Source of the DNA: Nitrospirales bacterium
GTDB lineage: Bacteria; Nitrospirota; Nitrospiria; Nitrospirales; UBA8639
Assembly: GCA_965223295.1 (NCBI GenBank)
Contig: CBDCWC010000002.1
Location: 1,312,001-1,376,000 of the forward strand
Reading direction: 5' to 3'
Length of the DNA stretch: 64,000 nt
The notes under the pieces: generated by a model
What the model saw: the letters and a program-made list of their open reading frames with translations, nothing else
What the model was told of the DNA's origin: nothing
Database searches by the model: none
Program-made: the position numbers and the translations under genes
Part shown: positions 52,487 through 62,061 of the stretch, one piece after another
How the letters are laid out: each line of letters starts with the position of its first letter
How positions within the stretch are numbered: the first letter of the stretch is position 1

Positions 52487-53692
52487 TTAATGCACAACCG
52501 TCTCTTGCTGACTCTCTTTCTTCAACTGATTTGCCGGAGAAGGAGAAATTCCCAACGCATGGTCATAGACTTGAAGATAATGCTCCACCATGGCTTCCAT
52601 AGAAAATTCCATTTCGACACGTTTTCTGCCTCTCTCACCATGCCTCCGCATCAAACTCGCATCTTGAAGATAGGTCAACAAAGCCTTACTCAGGGCTTGA
52701 GGATCTTTCGGGGGAATAAGCAACCCCGTTTCCCCGTCCCGCACTAGCTCTACATTCCCACCGACTCGAGTGGCAATAACGGGAATTCCTGAAGCCATGG
52801 CTTCCAAGATCGTGTTGGAAATTCCTTCAGCCTCCGACGGCAATACAAAAATATCCATACTTTGCAAGAGAGAAGATATGTCCGTACGGGGACCAGACAT
52901 CCATACTACATTCGTCAACTGACAGTCATAAGCTAATTGTTCAAGTTCTCCCCTCAAAGGGCCATCGCCAACCATCACGAGCCGAACAGCATTGGCCATT
53001 TTAGGATGCTTCTTTAGAAGCACGGCTAGTCCATTGACTAATGTGGCTTGATCTTTTACCTTTTGGAAACGCCCAACCGTTCCAATCACAATTTGGTCCC
53101 CACTCGCAAAACCTCTTGGGAAAATATCCCGGCTCTTTCTTACTGGAGAGCAAAATTTTTTCTTATCCACTCCATTATAAATCTGACTCACCTTCTCTGA
53201 AGAGACTGCCACTTTCTGTATGAGCCACTGTTTAAGGTCCTGGCTCACTGTTACATAATGATGAACTGCAGGATCGAGAACCTTCCGAAACACTAGAAAT
53301 TTTTTGCTGGTCCCATAAGCATCATGTACATCTCGTCCGTGCTCCCCATGTATACGAACAGGCACACGCGCCACCGCCGCAAGAGCCGCCATTTCAAAAG
53401 TTGGCAAATTTCGTGTATGGACAATCATTGGCTGCAGATCATGAATAATGCCCCACAACTTTCTGTAGGCTGACAGATCTACGCCAGGCTTTTTTTGGAG
53501 CGCCAACACCGAAACCGACGGAGACCGAATCCGTTCTCGAAAATCCGTAAAATCCGTTAAACATACAATGGCATGCCGGTACCGCTCAGGAGGCATGTGA
53601 TTGATAAGATTGACCAACCCATTTTCCAGGCCCCCCATTGCCAAGCGATAAATAACATGCATCACGAGTGGAGGAGAAACCGAGGCCATCAC
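52487..53692 (-). CDS. GT4 sugar transferase, PEP-CTERM/XrtA-associated (TIGR03088-like)
   Basis: GGLENGLVNLIN, HTRNL, HGEHGRD, QIYNGVD, EGISNTILEAMASG. Confidence 0.9.
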   Translation of the reverse strand: MMASVSPPLVMHVIYRLAMGGLENGLVNLINHMPPERYRHAIVCLTDFTDFRERIRSPSVSVLALQKKPGVDLSAYRKLWGIIHDLQPMIVHTRNLPTFEMAALAAVARVPVRIHGEHGRDVHDAYGTSKKFLVFRKVLDPAVHHYVTVSQDLKQWLIQKVAVSSEKVSQIYNGVDKKKFCSPVRKSRDIFPRGFASGDQIVIGTVGRFQKVKDQATLVNGLAVLLKKHPKMANAVRLVMVGDGPLRGELEQLAYDCQLTNVVWMSGPRTDISSLLQSMDIFVLPSEAEGISNTILEAMASGIPVIATRVGGNVELVRDGETGLLIPPKDPQALSKALLTYLQDASLMRRHGERGRKRVEMEFSMEAMVEHYLQVYDHALGISPSPANQLKKESQQETVVH

Positions 53693-53769
53693 ACGTTTCT
53701 CAAGTTACCGCTCAGAACCTGGGCGACATTTTCGGAAATCAGCCATCAGTTCACAATAGGACAAAGCCT

Positions 53770-54960
53770 TCACACCGTTACTCTCTCAAGAATTTGATCA
53801 AATTCTTTAAGGATACCTGGCCAATCGTACTGCGAAGTCACAAACTGCCTTGCGGCAACACCCTCCGCTCGAGCCTGTCCAGGATTATCCAAAAGTTTCA
53901 CAACGGTGTCAGCAAATTCACGGGGGTCGTCAACCACATGCATCCCATACGCGGTATCCACAGCCAAACCCTGAAACGCGCAGGTTGTCCCGACGACGGG
54001 CAATTCCATTGCCATTGCTTCAAGAATTTTATTCTGGACCCCCCTCGCAATTCGCAACGGAGCCACCGCAACCATTGCCTTTGACAAATACGGACGAACA
54101 TCCGGAACCGTCCCCGTCACTTGAACCTGTGGCATCCGTTCAGCCGTTTTCCTCAGAGAAACCTCGGGATTACGACCAACAATCAGAAACTGCGCATCTG
54201 GGATAACCTGTTGAATTCGCGGAAGAATTTCCTGGCAAAAAAATAAGGCCCCATCAACATTCGGAAAGTAATCCATGGCCGCTGTAAAGACAATGACCGG
54301 TTTCGCTTTTTGCGTCTCAGAGGGAGGAGAAAAATACTCATAGTTCACCCCATTAGGAAGAACCTTAGGCACGATCTTGTGCTTAGACCGTTCTCGGAGC
54401 ACATGCGTTTCCTCTTGAGAAATGACTAGCGATTCTTGACAGATCGTCGCCATATCCAATTCATACTGTCCTAGTCGATCGGCTTCCGTCCCATACAGGA
54501 GAGACAATGGAAATGGTTTAATTTGAGCATAGGCTCTCCATTTCTCTGAATCCATATCCACAAAATCTATAATCTTGGGTATGGACGACTCATGCTTCAC
54601 ATACTCAGCCATTGGTGAAGAAAAAATGATGATTCGATCAATGGATTCCTGCGTTAAGATAGCCTTCACTTTCTCAAGAAGAGCTGGAACGAAAAATGCT
54701 CCAAGGGAAAGAGGCTGCCTGGCCAGAAAAGCCCTTCCCATTCTCCACCATTCTTGTATTCCCTTCCGGTCAACCACCTCAACATGACGACACATAGTAC
54801 GAAGAGGAGCAAGATATTGCCAATCATCGCCATCGTCAATTAAGCAGGCCAAATAAATGGAATGGTGCTGCGACAAATATTGAATCTGATGATAGGATCG
54901 TATCTTGTCGCCTTTATCCGGAGGATAGGGAATCCTGTGGCATAGGTACAAAATATTCAT
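53770..54960 (-). CDS. GT4 sugar transferase, PEP-CTERM/XrtA-associated (TIGR03087-like)
   Basis: Start ATG 54960; HRIPYPPDKGDKIRS, DFVDMDSEKW, MDYFPNVD, PLRIARGVQNKILEAMAM. Confidence 0.9.
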   Translation of the reverse strand: MNILYLCHRIPYPPDKGDKIRSYHQIQYLSQHHSIYLACLIDDGDDWQYLAPLRTMCRHVEVVDRKGIQEWWRMGRAFLARQPLSLGAFFVPALLEKVKAILTQESIDRIIIFSSPMAEYVKHESSIPKIIDFVDMDSEKWRAYAQIKPFPLSLLYGTEADRLGQYELDMATICQESLVISQEETHVLRERSKHKIVPKVLPNGVNYEYFSPPSETQKAKPVIVFTAAMDYFPNVDGALFFCQEILPRIQQVIPDAQFLIVGRNPEVSLRKTAERMPQVQVTGTVPDVRPYLSKAMVAVAPLRIARGVQNKILEAMAMELPVVGTTCAFQGLAVDTAYGMHVVDDPREFADTVVKLLDNPGQARAEGVAARQFVTSQYDWPGILKEFDQILERVTV

Positions 54961-55396
54961 ATGCTGTGGAATTGCACACTTCGAGCAGTAGCGTTGGGGA
55001 CATCCTAAAGACACGCCCTACCACGATATAGCATCATCGAATTCTGTTAGTCTTATTCTACCTGATTCGGTCACTCAGGGAAGATACTTGATGAGAAAAG
55101 GCGCTCAACCAGTCATAGACCTAGGCAATACGTGTTGAGACAACCCGCTATGTCTGGAATTGAACGTTAGATGAATGCGCACGAGGAATACCTGCGGATG
55201 GGTATTCACTAGGCAAATACATACCCCTCTAGGGTCAAGTATTCCCCTAAAACTACCACGCCAAGACCCTCCGCTGCCTTTCAGCAACAATCATCTTAGA
55301 AGTCTCCAGGAGGAACATGAAAAAATTAATGAGAACTCCGCCCAGCCGGGAATAGACATCATTCTCCTGAAAGGAAATTATTGAAAACACTTGATG

Positions 55397-56791
55397 CTAT
55401 CGATCAAGATAGATCGGGTCAGCAATAGCCGTTAAGCCAAGAAAGAATTGATCTACGTTTAAATCTGTCGCAGCCGAACCATTAGATTCTTGTATCAGAT
55501 GAGAATAGTAAAAATTCCCGAGTAACCAAGAGGTAAAGGAATATCCAAGCCCAGCTTGAATCCGATACGAGGTGGAATCAAAAGCGTTCCCATCCAATGA
55601 CTCATTTTCTGCCCATCCCACAGACCCAAAAGCATTCATGCGACGACTTAAATCATGATTTATTCTTCCAGTCACCGCACGTGTTCGGGTAGCTTGGGCA
55701 GCCAATCCTCCTCCATTGCCCACCGATTGTGTAAAATTTAATCCGATGTCTCCTTGGGTATACCGTTTGGTAAGATTGGCAGACCCAATAAATCTTCTAC
55801 GAAACTTCTCAGGAATTTTTCTCCTGACACGGGTATTGCCTGGCCCTTGGACTTCTTCCGATGCGCCAATTTGTTTGGTGTATGAAACCCCTCCACTGAC
55901 GGAAAAAGTTAAAGACGGAGTAACCGCATGGGAAATCCCCAGTTGAGGGTTATGGGAAATAACTTTATCACCCCGAGTTCCTTGAATCGTAGATTTTCCA
56001 ATAAACTTCGTATAGTTGTAGGAATAGGAAGGAATCACACTGGTCCGTTCCGTAAGTCGGTACGTGAGAGAGGTCCGACCAATATGGCTTATGGAATCTT
56101 GAAAACCCTTAGAAAAAAAATGGAGATAGCGGTTAGAGTACCCTAAGGAAGTTTGTAAACGACGAGTCCAAGTATACCCAAAATTAATCCCCGCATTATT
56201 ATTAAAGGAACTACCGCGTTGCCCAAAAACCCCTGTCCCTCCTCCGGCACCAAAGGCTCCAACACCACCTCCCACTCCAGCGACCCCCGCAGCCCCTGCT
56301 CCACTATTTGCGCCACTAATATTTCCTGCACCGCCAGCTCCCCCAAAACCTTGATTGCCTCCTCCTGCTAATGAAGCATCTTCAGCTCCTGATAACGAAA
56401 ACGCATCCAACTGCGGAGTAAACCTCATCGACTCATCAATACTAACTGTTAAGTTTTTATACTGTTTGGTTAAAAAAGGAAGATCAAGAATAATATTGGC
56501 ATTTTGAATGTACCGATTGGCATCGGGGTTATTGGCAAAAAATGACATTCGACCCAGATAGGTTGCACCAATCACGATGTCTGGATTCTCAAAAAGCAGC
56601 GTAAGGTTCGGGCCAAGAAAGGTTCCAAAATCTTCTCTCTGCGATTCTTCTTCAAAAAACAAATTGGTTGTATACGATTGTTGTAATGAGAAAGAGGATT
56701 GCAGACTCAAATCAGCTGTGGCCCGCTCACAAAATACCCCTATACTTAAGACGACACACATCACAACTCGCGAAACATTGGAATAACTCAT
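55397..56791 (-). CDS. Outer-membrane beta-barrel, polysaccharide-locus associated, with Gly-rich insertion
   Basis: Signal peptide; YTTNLF start strand; many alternating aromatic/Gly strands (LGYSF, FYYSH). Confidence 0.72.
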   Translation of the reverse strand: MSYSNVSRVVMCVVLSIGVFCERATADLSLQSSFSLQQSYTTNLFFEEESQREDFGTFLGPNLTLLFENPDIVIGATYLGRMSFFANNPDANRYIQNANIILDLPFLTKQYKNLTVSIDESMRFTPQLDAFSLSGAEDASLAGGGNQGFGGAGGAGNISGANSGAGAAGVAGVGGGVGAFGAGGGTGVFGQRGSSFNNNAGINFGYTWTRRLQTSLGYSNRYLHFFSKGFQDSISHIGRTSLTYRLTERTSVIPSYSYNYTKFIGKSTIQGTRGDKVISHNPQLGISHAVTPSLTFSVSGGVSYTKQIGASEEVQGPGNTRVRRKIPEKFRRRFIGSANLTKRYTQGDIGLNFTQSVGNGGGLAAQATRTRAVTGRINHDLSRRMNAFGSVGWAENESLDGNAFDSTSYRIQAGLGYSFTSWLLGNFYYSHLIQESNGSAATDLNVDQFFLGLTAIADPIYLDR

Positions 56792-57570
56792 AGCGCAATA
56801 ATTCCCAAAAAATATGAATAAATATTGTAAAAATGACTAAAGGGAAACTCTCTGACCGAATCGAGAGCCAATCCTACGACATCAACAATGGGGAAGCTCT
56901 GGACGAAAATATCTCGCTATCATAACGTTTTACAGAAGAAGAAAAAAGAAATTCTCAAAAAAATCAAAGCTAAACTAAGACCGGCCACCTTACTACGGAA
57001 AAGATCATTTACGGGAAATCCATTCAAAACATTAGTCAAGGTTGAAAGGAAGACCCAGGAAACACCTACACAGTGATTTTGAACCTCATCACAAATGTGG
57101 AAATTTTCATGGGTACTTCAATATAAAAAGAATACTCAGAAAGAAAAACCAAGACTCAGACCAGCAAAAATACTACGAAATCAATATGTTACGTAATTGA
57201 AATTACTGTCACCCCTAAAAAAACAGACTCTTTCCCGGCACTCATTAAACTTGTCGAAAAAAAAGGAACCGTTTTTTTAAGCTACCGCCTAATATTTTTC
57301 TGTCAAGGCATGTGACCAATTTCCATACAGACAGCATCTTCGTAACCTAGTACTGCCAACGTTTCACAATAACAGCTCTGGCGAGATGTGTATGCCCATT
57401 TTGTCGTAATGTATCGATGGCCCATCCGAATAGGGACTACTGACTTCCGTCCTAGAATCAAGTGCCCCTGGTCATCCAGAAAAACATGCCCGTAAGTGCT
57501 CAAGGTTAATTTACTATTCAGAAATAGAAAAAGCACGTATCTCAATTGTTGAACATCCTTTTGAATACTC

Positions 57571-58815
57571 CTATGCTGATTTCACTTTTCGTTTGAGGGC
57601 GCCATTTAGCACAATCCTATCAAAACTTGTCAGGACCTCTTTCCAATTCAAGATCCGAGAAAAGTAGTATTGCCATTCTTTGTACGTAAGGGCTTGAGCA
57701 AGATCCGCTCGGCCAATTTCTTGTAGGGCCTTCTTTAAGGTACTGATGAAAGAGATGGTATGGCTTTCAAGATCAAGCCCCTGGCGGATGGTCTGTGCTG
57801 TGAGTTCTCCTTTCGGAAACGTCTGTGCATCTTGGAGCTTTCCGGCGCACAACAGCTCTAGTTTAGTTCGAATACATTTTGGACAAATACCGCAATTGAG
57901 ATGTCCTGATTTGCCATCAAAGCACACCCGAAGGGCGGCCAATGCTGTAGGCCACTGCGCAATGAGCTTGACTCGCTCCACACGACTCAGGCGCTCGCCA
58001 TCATGATGGATACGAAGATCGTAGGCTGACAAACGGGGCTCTATAATTGGATGACTCGAAAAAGGATGCAGTTTAGGGATTTCATAACTTGAAGAAATGA
58101 GGACATCTGACAACCGGCCAGAAAGGCCTTGTGCTACAGCGGCCATGGCTGACCCCATGTATTCATCCAACCAAATATCCAGGTTAGGAGCTAACGTTCG
58201 AAGATTGGTAAAGGCAGGAATCAAATTCAGCCCTGTCTCTTTCAGGAAGTCCTGAAGTCCATCAACCACATAACGAAAAAAGTCTTCTTCCCCACCGCGT
58301 GCAGGAAAGACTCCAATATCAAATCCATGCACAAAAATAAGATCCTTAATCGAACCAGCATGATCCGAAGGCACGTGTAATTGATTTCGTCGAAGGGTGT
58401 AAAAGGAATCAACCCCTGCAGAAAAGAAAGCACCCGTCCGCGGTGGTTTAGAAGTTTCCTTCCGACAGCCGCTGGCCTCAATAGTCACAAGCCGGGCATC
58501 GTTTGGCTTTCGAGCATACTTATACCAATACCAATTCGTCATATATGCCATGAACGTGTTGAGATTGTCCTTCAACCAGGGGCAAATGGAACCTTCTATT
58601 CGGATCCGACGCTCGCCATAGCGCAATGCAGGAATCACCGTAGCCAGCACAAAGGGATGGTAATTCTCGGCTAGGATATATGACTTGTCTGTGTGATAAC
58701 GAAAGTAAACTTGCTGAGCAGGACGGTCAACATCTTCCCAGCTCACTGAGGCAGAAAGCGTGTGGTAGCCATGGTCTTCCTTGTAAGTTAAACCATCAAT
58801 CCGCATCGGCTTCAA
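57571..58815 (-). CDS. PP-loop (QueC-like) ATP pyrophosphatase family protein of unknown function
   Basis: FFSAGVDS PP-loop variant, HGFD, LRVC...NCGICPKCIRT Cys cluster; start TTG 58815 or ATG 58806. Confidence 0.7.
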   Translation of the reverse strand: MKPMRIDGLTYKEDHGYHTLSASVSWEDVDRPAQQVYFRYHTDKSYILAENYHPFVLATVIPALRYGERRIRIEGSICPWLKDNLNTFMAYMTNWYWYKYARKPNDARLVTIEASGCRKETSKPPRTGAFFSAGVDSFYTLRRNQLHVPSDHAGSIKDLIFVHGFDIGVFPARGGEEDFFRYVVDGLQDFLKETGLNLIPAFTNLRTLAPNLDIWLDEYMGSAMAAVAQGLSGRLSDVLISSSYEIPKLHPFSSHPIIEPRLSAYDLRIHHDGERLSRVERVKLIAQWPTALAALRVCFDGKSGHLNCGICPKCIRTKLELLCAGKLQDAQTFPKGELTAQTIRQGLDLESHTISFISTLKKALQEIGRADLAQALTYKEWQYYFSRILNWKEVLTSFDRIVLNGALKRKVKSA

Positions 58816-60129
58816 TTACGCATAAATATCAGGCGGCACCATACGACCATCAAATTCTGGTCGCCATCGAAACCCAAGTTGTCCACATCGATCACACAGA
58901 ATCTGACGTGGACAGGTATCAAGCGTACAACTGACTTCACCTAATTGGGCAAGATAAATTCTAGAAAGGTGATGACTTGTCCGTCCCTTGAGCAGAACTA
59001 TGTCACCCTGTTGCAGTTCATGCTTTAAGAAAGTTGCGGCATCGGCCACCGTGGCAAATACATGAACCTGTTCCGGATTCATTCCGGATTCGATCGCAGC
59101 GCGCTGTGCCTGCAAGCGACGATCTCCAACGAACACGGCCGTATCAGCAACACGGGCCGTTTCTCGACCCAACCATCGTCCTCGGTACCGATCCTTTGTC
59201 TTTGTATCAGAATAGTCACTCACCACAACAATTTTCCGTTCTGCTGTTGCTTGTTCCATGACTGAAAACGCCATTTCAAATGTCGTGTGGGAACCGTTCC
59301 ATTCATCACGAATAATGGTCGCACCATTGGAAAGAGCGATTGGTTGCATGCGTGCCCAAAATGGTTGAATTGATTCAATAACTTTGATGCCTTGTTCTAG
59401 TGGAACCCCACAACACTCACCCACTAGCAACGCCGCAAGGATGGATGACACCCAATGAGTTCCAAGGAGTGAGGTTTGTACACTCAATGTGGTGTCCTGC
59501 TTGTGGACTTGAAATCCAAGACGGCCTGGCCAAAGAGAGAAACTATTCGAAGCCCAAATATCAGCATGAGGTGACATTCCAAATGTATAGGTTGTAAAAT
59601 TTCCAAGACCAGCCATACTTCTAACGTGAGGATCATCCTGGTTGAGCACCGCAATATGACCGGGGCCTAAGGCCTGAACCAATTTGGCCTTTTCAATGGC
59701 GATTTTCTCGACTGTCTTGAATGTGTTGAGGTGCAAAGGTTTTACGCCCAACATCACGACTATATGCGGTCGCAGCATCTTTGCCATACATTCCATTTGC
59801 CCTGGCGTCTCAATCGCCGTTTCGATCACAGCAAACCGATGCCACGGACGTATGCTAAGAAGCGTACCTGCCACCCCACCTAATTTATAACCACCCCACG
59901 TTCCAGAAGTTTTTGCCGTTTGATATTTTGAGGAAAGAATTTTGGCAAGTAATTCTTTCGTGGTGGTCTTACCCGTACTGCCGGATATGGCAATAATCGT
60001 GGTACGAAAAAGGGCGAATCGCCATAGTGTGGCGGCAGGATTTCGCAGATGCGCCTTTAGTTTCCACCAAATCCGAATAATGAGATAACGAACACGAACG
60101 ATTTTCTTGAGAAAAACAGGAATCCGCAT
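58816..60129 (-). CDS. MurF-like Mur ligase lacking the N-terminal domain, with Cys-rich tail
   Basis: IAISGSTGKTTTKELL, EKAKL, VLNQDDP, RMQ, IIRDEWN, GDIVLLKG; tail C-x4-C-x5-CxxC. Confidence 0.82.
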   Translation of the reverse strand: MRIPVFLKKIVRVRYLIIRIWWKLKAHLRNPAATLWRFALFRTTIIAISGSTGKTTTKELLAKILSSKYQTAKTSGTWGGYKLGGVAGTLLSIRPWHRFAVIETAIETPGQMECMAKMLRPHIVVMLGVKPLHLNTFKTVEKIAIEKAKLVQALGPGHIAVLNQDDPHVRSMAGLGNFTTYTFGMSPHADIWASNSFSLWPGRLGFQVHKQDTTLSVQTSLLGTHWVSSILAALLVGECCGVPLEQGIKVIESIQPFWARMQPIALSNGATIIRDEWNGSHTTFEMAFSVMEQATAERKIVVVSDYSDTKTKDRYRGRWLGRETARVADTAVFVGDRRLQAQRAAIESGMNPEQVHVFATVADAATFLKHELQQGDIVLLKGRTSHHLSRIYLAQLGEVSCTLDTCPRQILCDRCGQLGFRWRPEFDGRMVPPDIYA

Positions 60130-60221
60130 GAGTCGATTTCAAGAGACGGAAATTCGACAATTTTTCAGGAGCTCTGATGAAGTCTCCATTTTTCTCCCTT
60201 GAACCTAAAACGAACCGACGA

Positions 60222-61370
60222 TTATGCCCCTGATTGTTGTGCCTTCCTAGTTTCTTGAACAATTTTTGAAATTTCTTGACGAAAAGCTTCATGGTCTTGA
60301 AGGGCCCTATTGACTTCTGGTGAGAGAAACCCTTTGCCTGATGCATGTTGTAGAAGGTCTAAATTTCCTCGAAAGTTCACCTCTAGAAGAAGAGGCCCTT
60401 CATCAGATAATGCGATATCAAAATGTAAAAGACGTAATCCTGGCAAAAGACGGGCAGCTGTCAGACAAAGGTCTTGAACCTTAGGCCACTCGGGAATCGT
60501 AAACGGACAGAGCTGTTCTTTTGTGTCTGGATGGATGGTGACAGTTGTAAATTCCCCATCGGCGCCCTGACCAATAATTCGCTCCACTTGGCCGTTCTCA
60601 ATATTTACGGCTGCAAGGAAATTTCCGGTTCGACCATGTTGAAAGTTATCGATTATATTGTTCCCGGTTGGAATCTTCCATACGGCCCGACAGAGATGAG
60701 GACCCTCTTTGGTGGCAATCACGACCATGCGCATTGTCGAAGAGCGCGATCCACACCGAAGAGCCAAATCAGAATGAGGTTGAAAGACATTCTGCAGAAT
60801 TTGCCCTCCAGATAGCTTAGTCTCTAAATTATCAATAAATTTGGAAACGGGTACGCACGACCCATCTGAAAATACGACGGAATGATCCTGCCTCTGATAT
60901 TGAGACAAGAAGTGGGCACCCCGCCCAAAATTACCATGACTGGGTTTCACGAAGATGGGATACACCGCATCGTCCTTCAAGTATCGAGCAAGTGAATCAG
61001 GTGTGAGGATTGTTGGAACCCCTTTCATGAACCGTCCATTGATATCATAAATAGCCTGTATCCGAGGATAGGGAATCCCAGCTCCTTCTAGAAAAGTATA
61101 AAATACGATTTTATCGAGAGAAAGACCTCCCCATTCAACTTTGTTAAATGTATTATTAATGAAACATTCACCATTCCATCCAATAAATTCTCGCTTCGTT
61201 CGTTCATCGTAGAGGCTGTCATCAAACAATTGATAGTCAAAGTATTCCGATGGCCCAAGCTGGCCTCCGGCACGGCGAAGACGAGCAAATTCCAAGGCTT
61301 GAGCAATGATCCCTTTTCCACTTTTGCGTTTGGCCTGACGCGCACGATTCAGAAGCAAGGAAAGATTCAT
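60222..61370 (-). CDS. Sugar-transfer-associated ATP-grasp protein
   Basis: EYFDYQLF, DKIVF, FVKPSHGNFGRG, STMRMV, DNFQHG, HPDT, DIAL..GPLLLEVN. Confidence 0.85.
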   Translation of the reverse strand: MNLSLLLNRARQAKRKSGKGIIAQALEFARLRRAGGQLGPSEYFDYQLFDDSLYDERTKREFIGWNGECFINNTFNKVEWGGLSLDKIVFYTFLEGAGIPYPRIQAIYDINGRFMKGVPTILTPDSLARYLKDDAVYPIFVKPSHGNFGRGAHFLSQYQRQDHSVVFSDGSCVPVSKFIDNLETKLSGGQILQNVFQPHSDLALRCGSRSSTMRMVVIATKEGPHLCRAVWKIPTGNNIIDNFQHGRTGNFLAAVNIENGQVERIIGQGADGEFTTVTIHPDTKEQLCPFTIPEWPKVQDLCLTAARLLPGLRLLHFDIALSDEGPLLLEVNFRGNLDLLQHASGKGFLSPEVNRALQDHEAFRQEISKIVQETRKAQQSGA

Positions 61371-61525
61371 ATTACTATTGTTGAAGAATCATCTTTTTCG
61401 GCACAATCTTTAAGCTGGAAAACACTTTACCACTTTTCTCGGGCTAGCTAAACCTTATGACGCAATAATTCTAGACAGACATACTTTCAAGAATAGCAAT
61501 CCGTGTTTCTTTTTTATGCTTCTTC

Positions 61526-61816
61526 TTATACTATTGATAGCATCCAGCTCTTGGCTTCGCTTCTTTGCTTTGAAATGTTGGGAGCTTTCAAAAGCAGGGT
61601 AACATATAATCTGACAGAGGTGCCGACCGGCTGCGAGTCCAACCACCCGTTAAGAGATTTCATTGAGAAAAAGCTCTGGCGAAACTTATTCCCCTCGTCG
61701 TTCCAGATCACACGGTAGGATGCTGCACCCTCATCATTTCTTGCTCTCTCCCAACAGACGCGGCAGACAAATTTCCTTTCAGGATTCTGCCCATCTTCTT
61801 TGAAGATTCTGAACAA
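61526..61816 (-). CDS. Possible small hypothetical protein or pseudogene (CxxC)
   Basis: Intergenic 96-aa ORF with CRVC; an in-frame TGA separates it from an upstream ATG ATG. Confidence 0.3.
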   Translation of the reverse strand: MFRIFKEDGQNPERKFVCRVCWERARNDEGAASYRVIWNDEGNKFRQSFFSMKSLNGWLDSQPVGTSVRLYVTLLLKAPNISKQRSEAKSWMLSIV

Positions 61817-62061
61817 TGAAGTTCAGTGGCCAAGCATCATGTTCTCGATCTTTATTCCTCATTTTGCTAATCTCACAAATAACTATAGCTCTGCTGGAAA
61901 TTGGCAGTCGACACAAGGCTAAAGTTTGCTGAACTTCCGCATTGGCATCGCTAGAATGTCTGAGCGTTGACGCCATATGCTCATGACAGCTGCTTGCAAA
62001 TGAAGATGAAAAAAAGAACAGTGAATGCCGAAAGAAAATTTTTACTGCGAAAGGAACTGAG

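Noticed and set aside
58816-60129. Housekeeping murF
   Set aside because: No dcw context, N-terminal domain missing, extra Cys tail; symbol withheld
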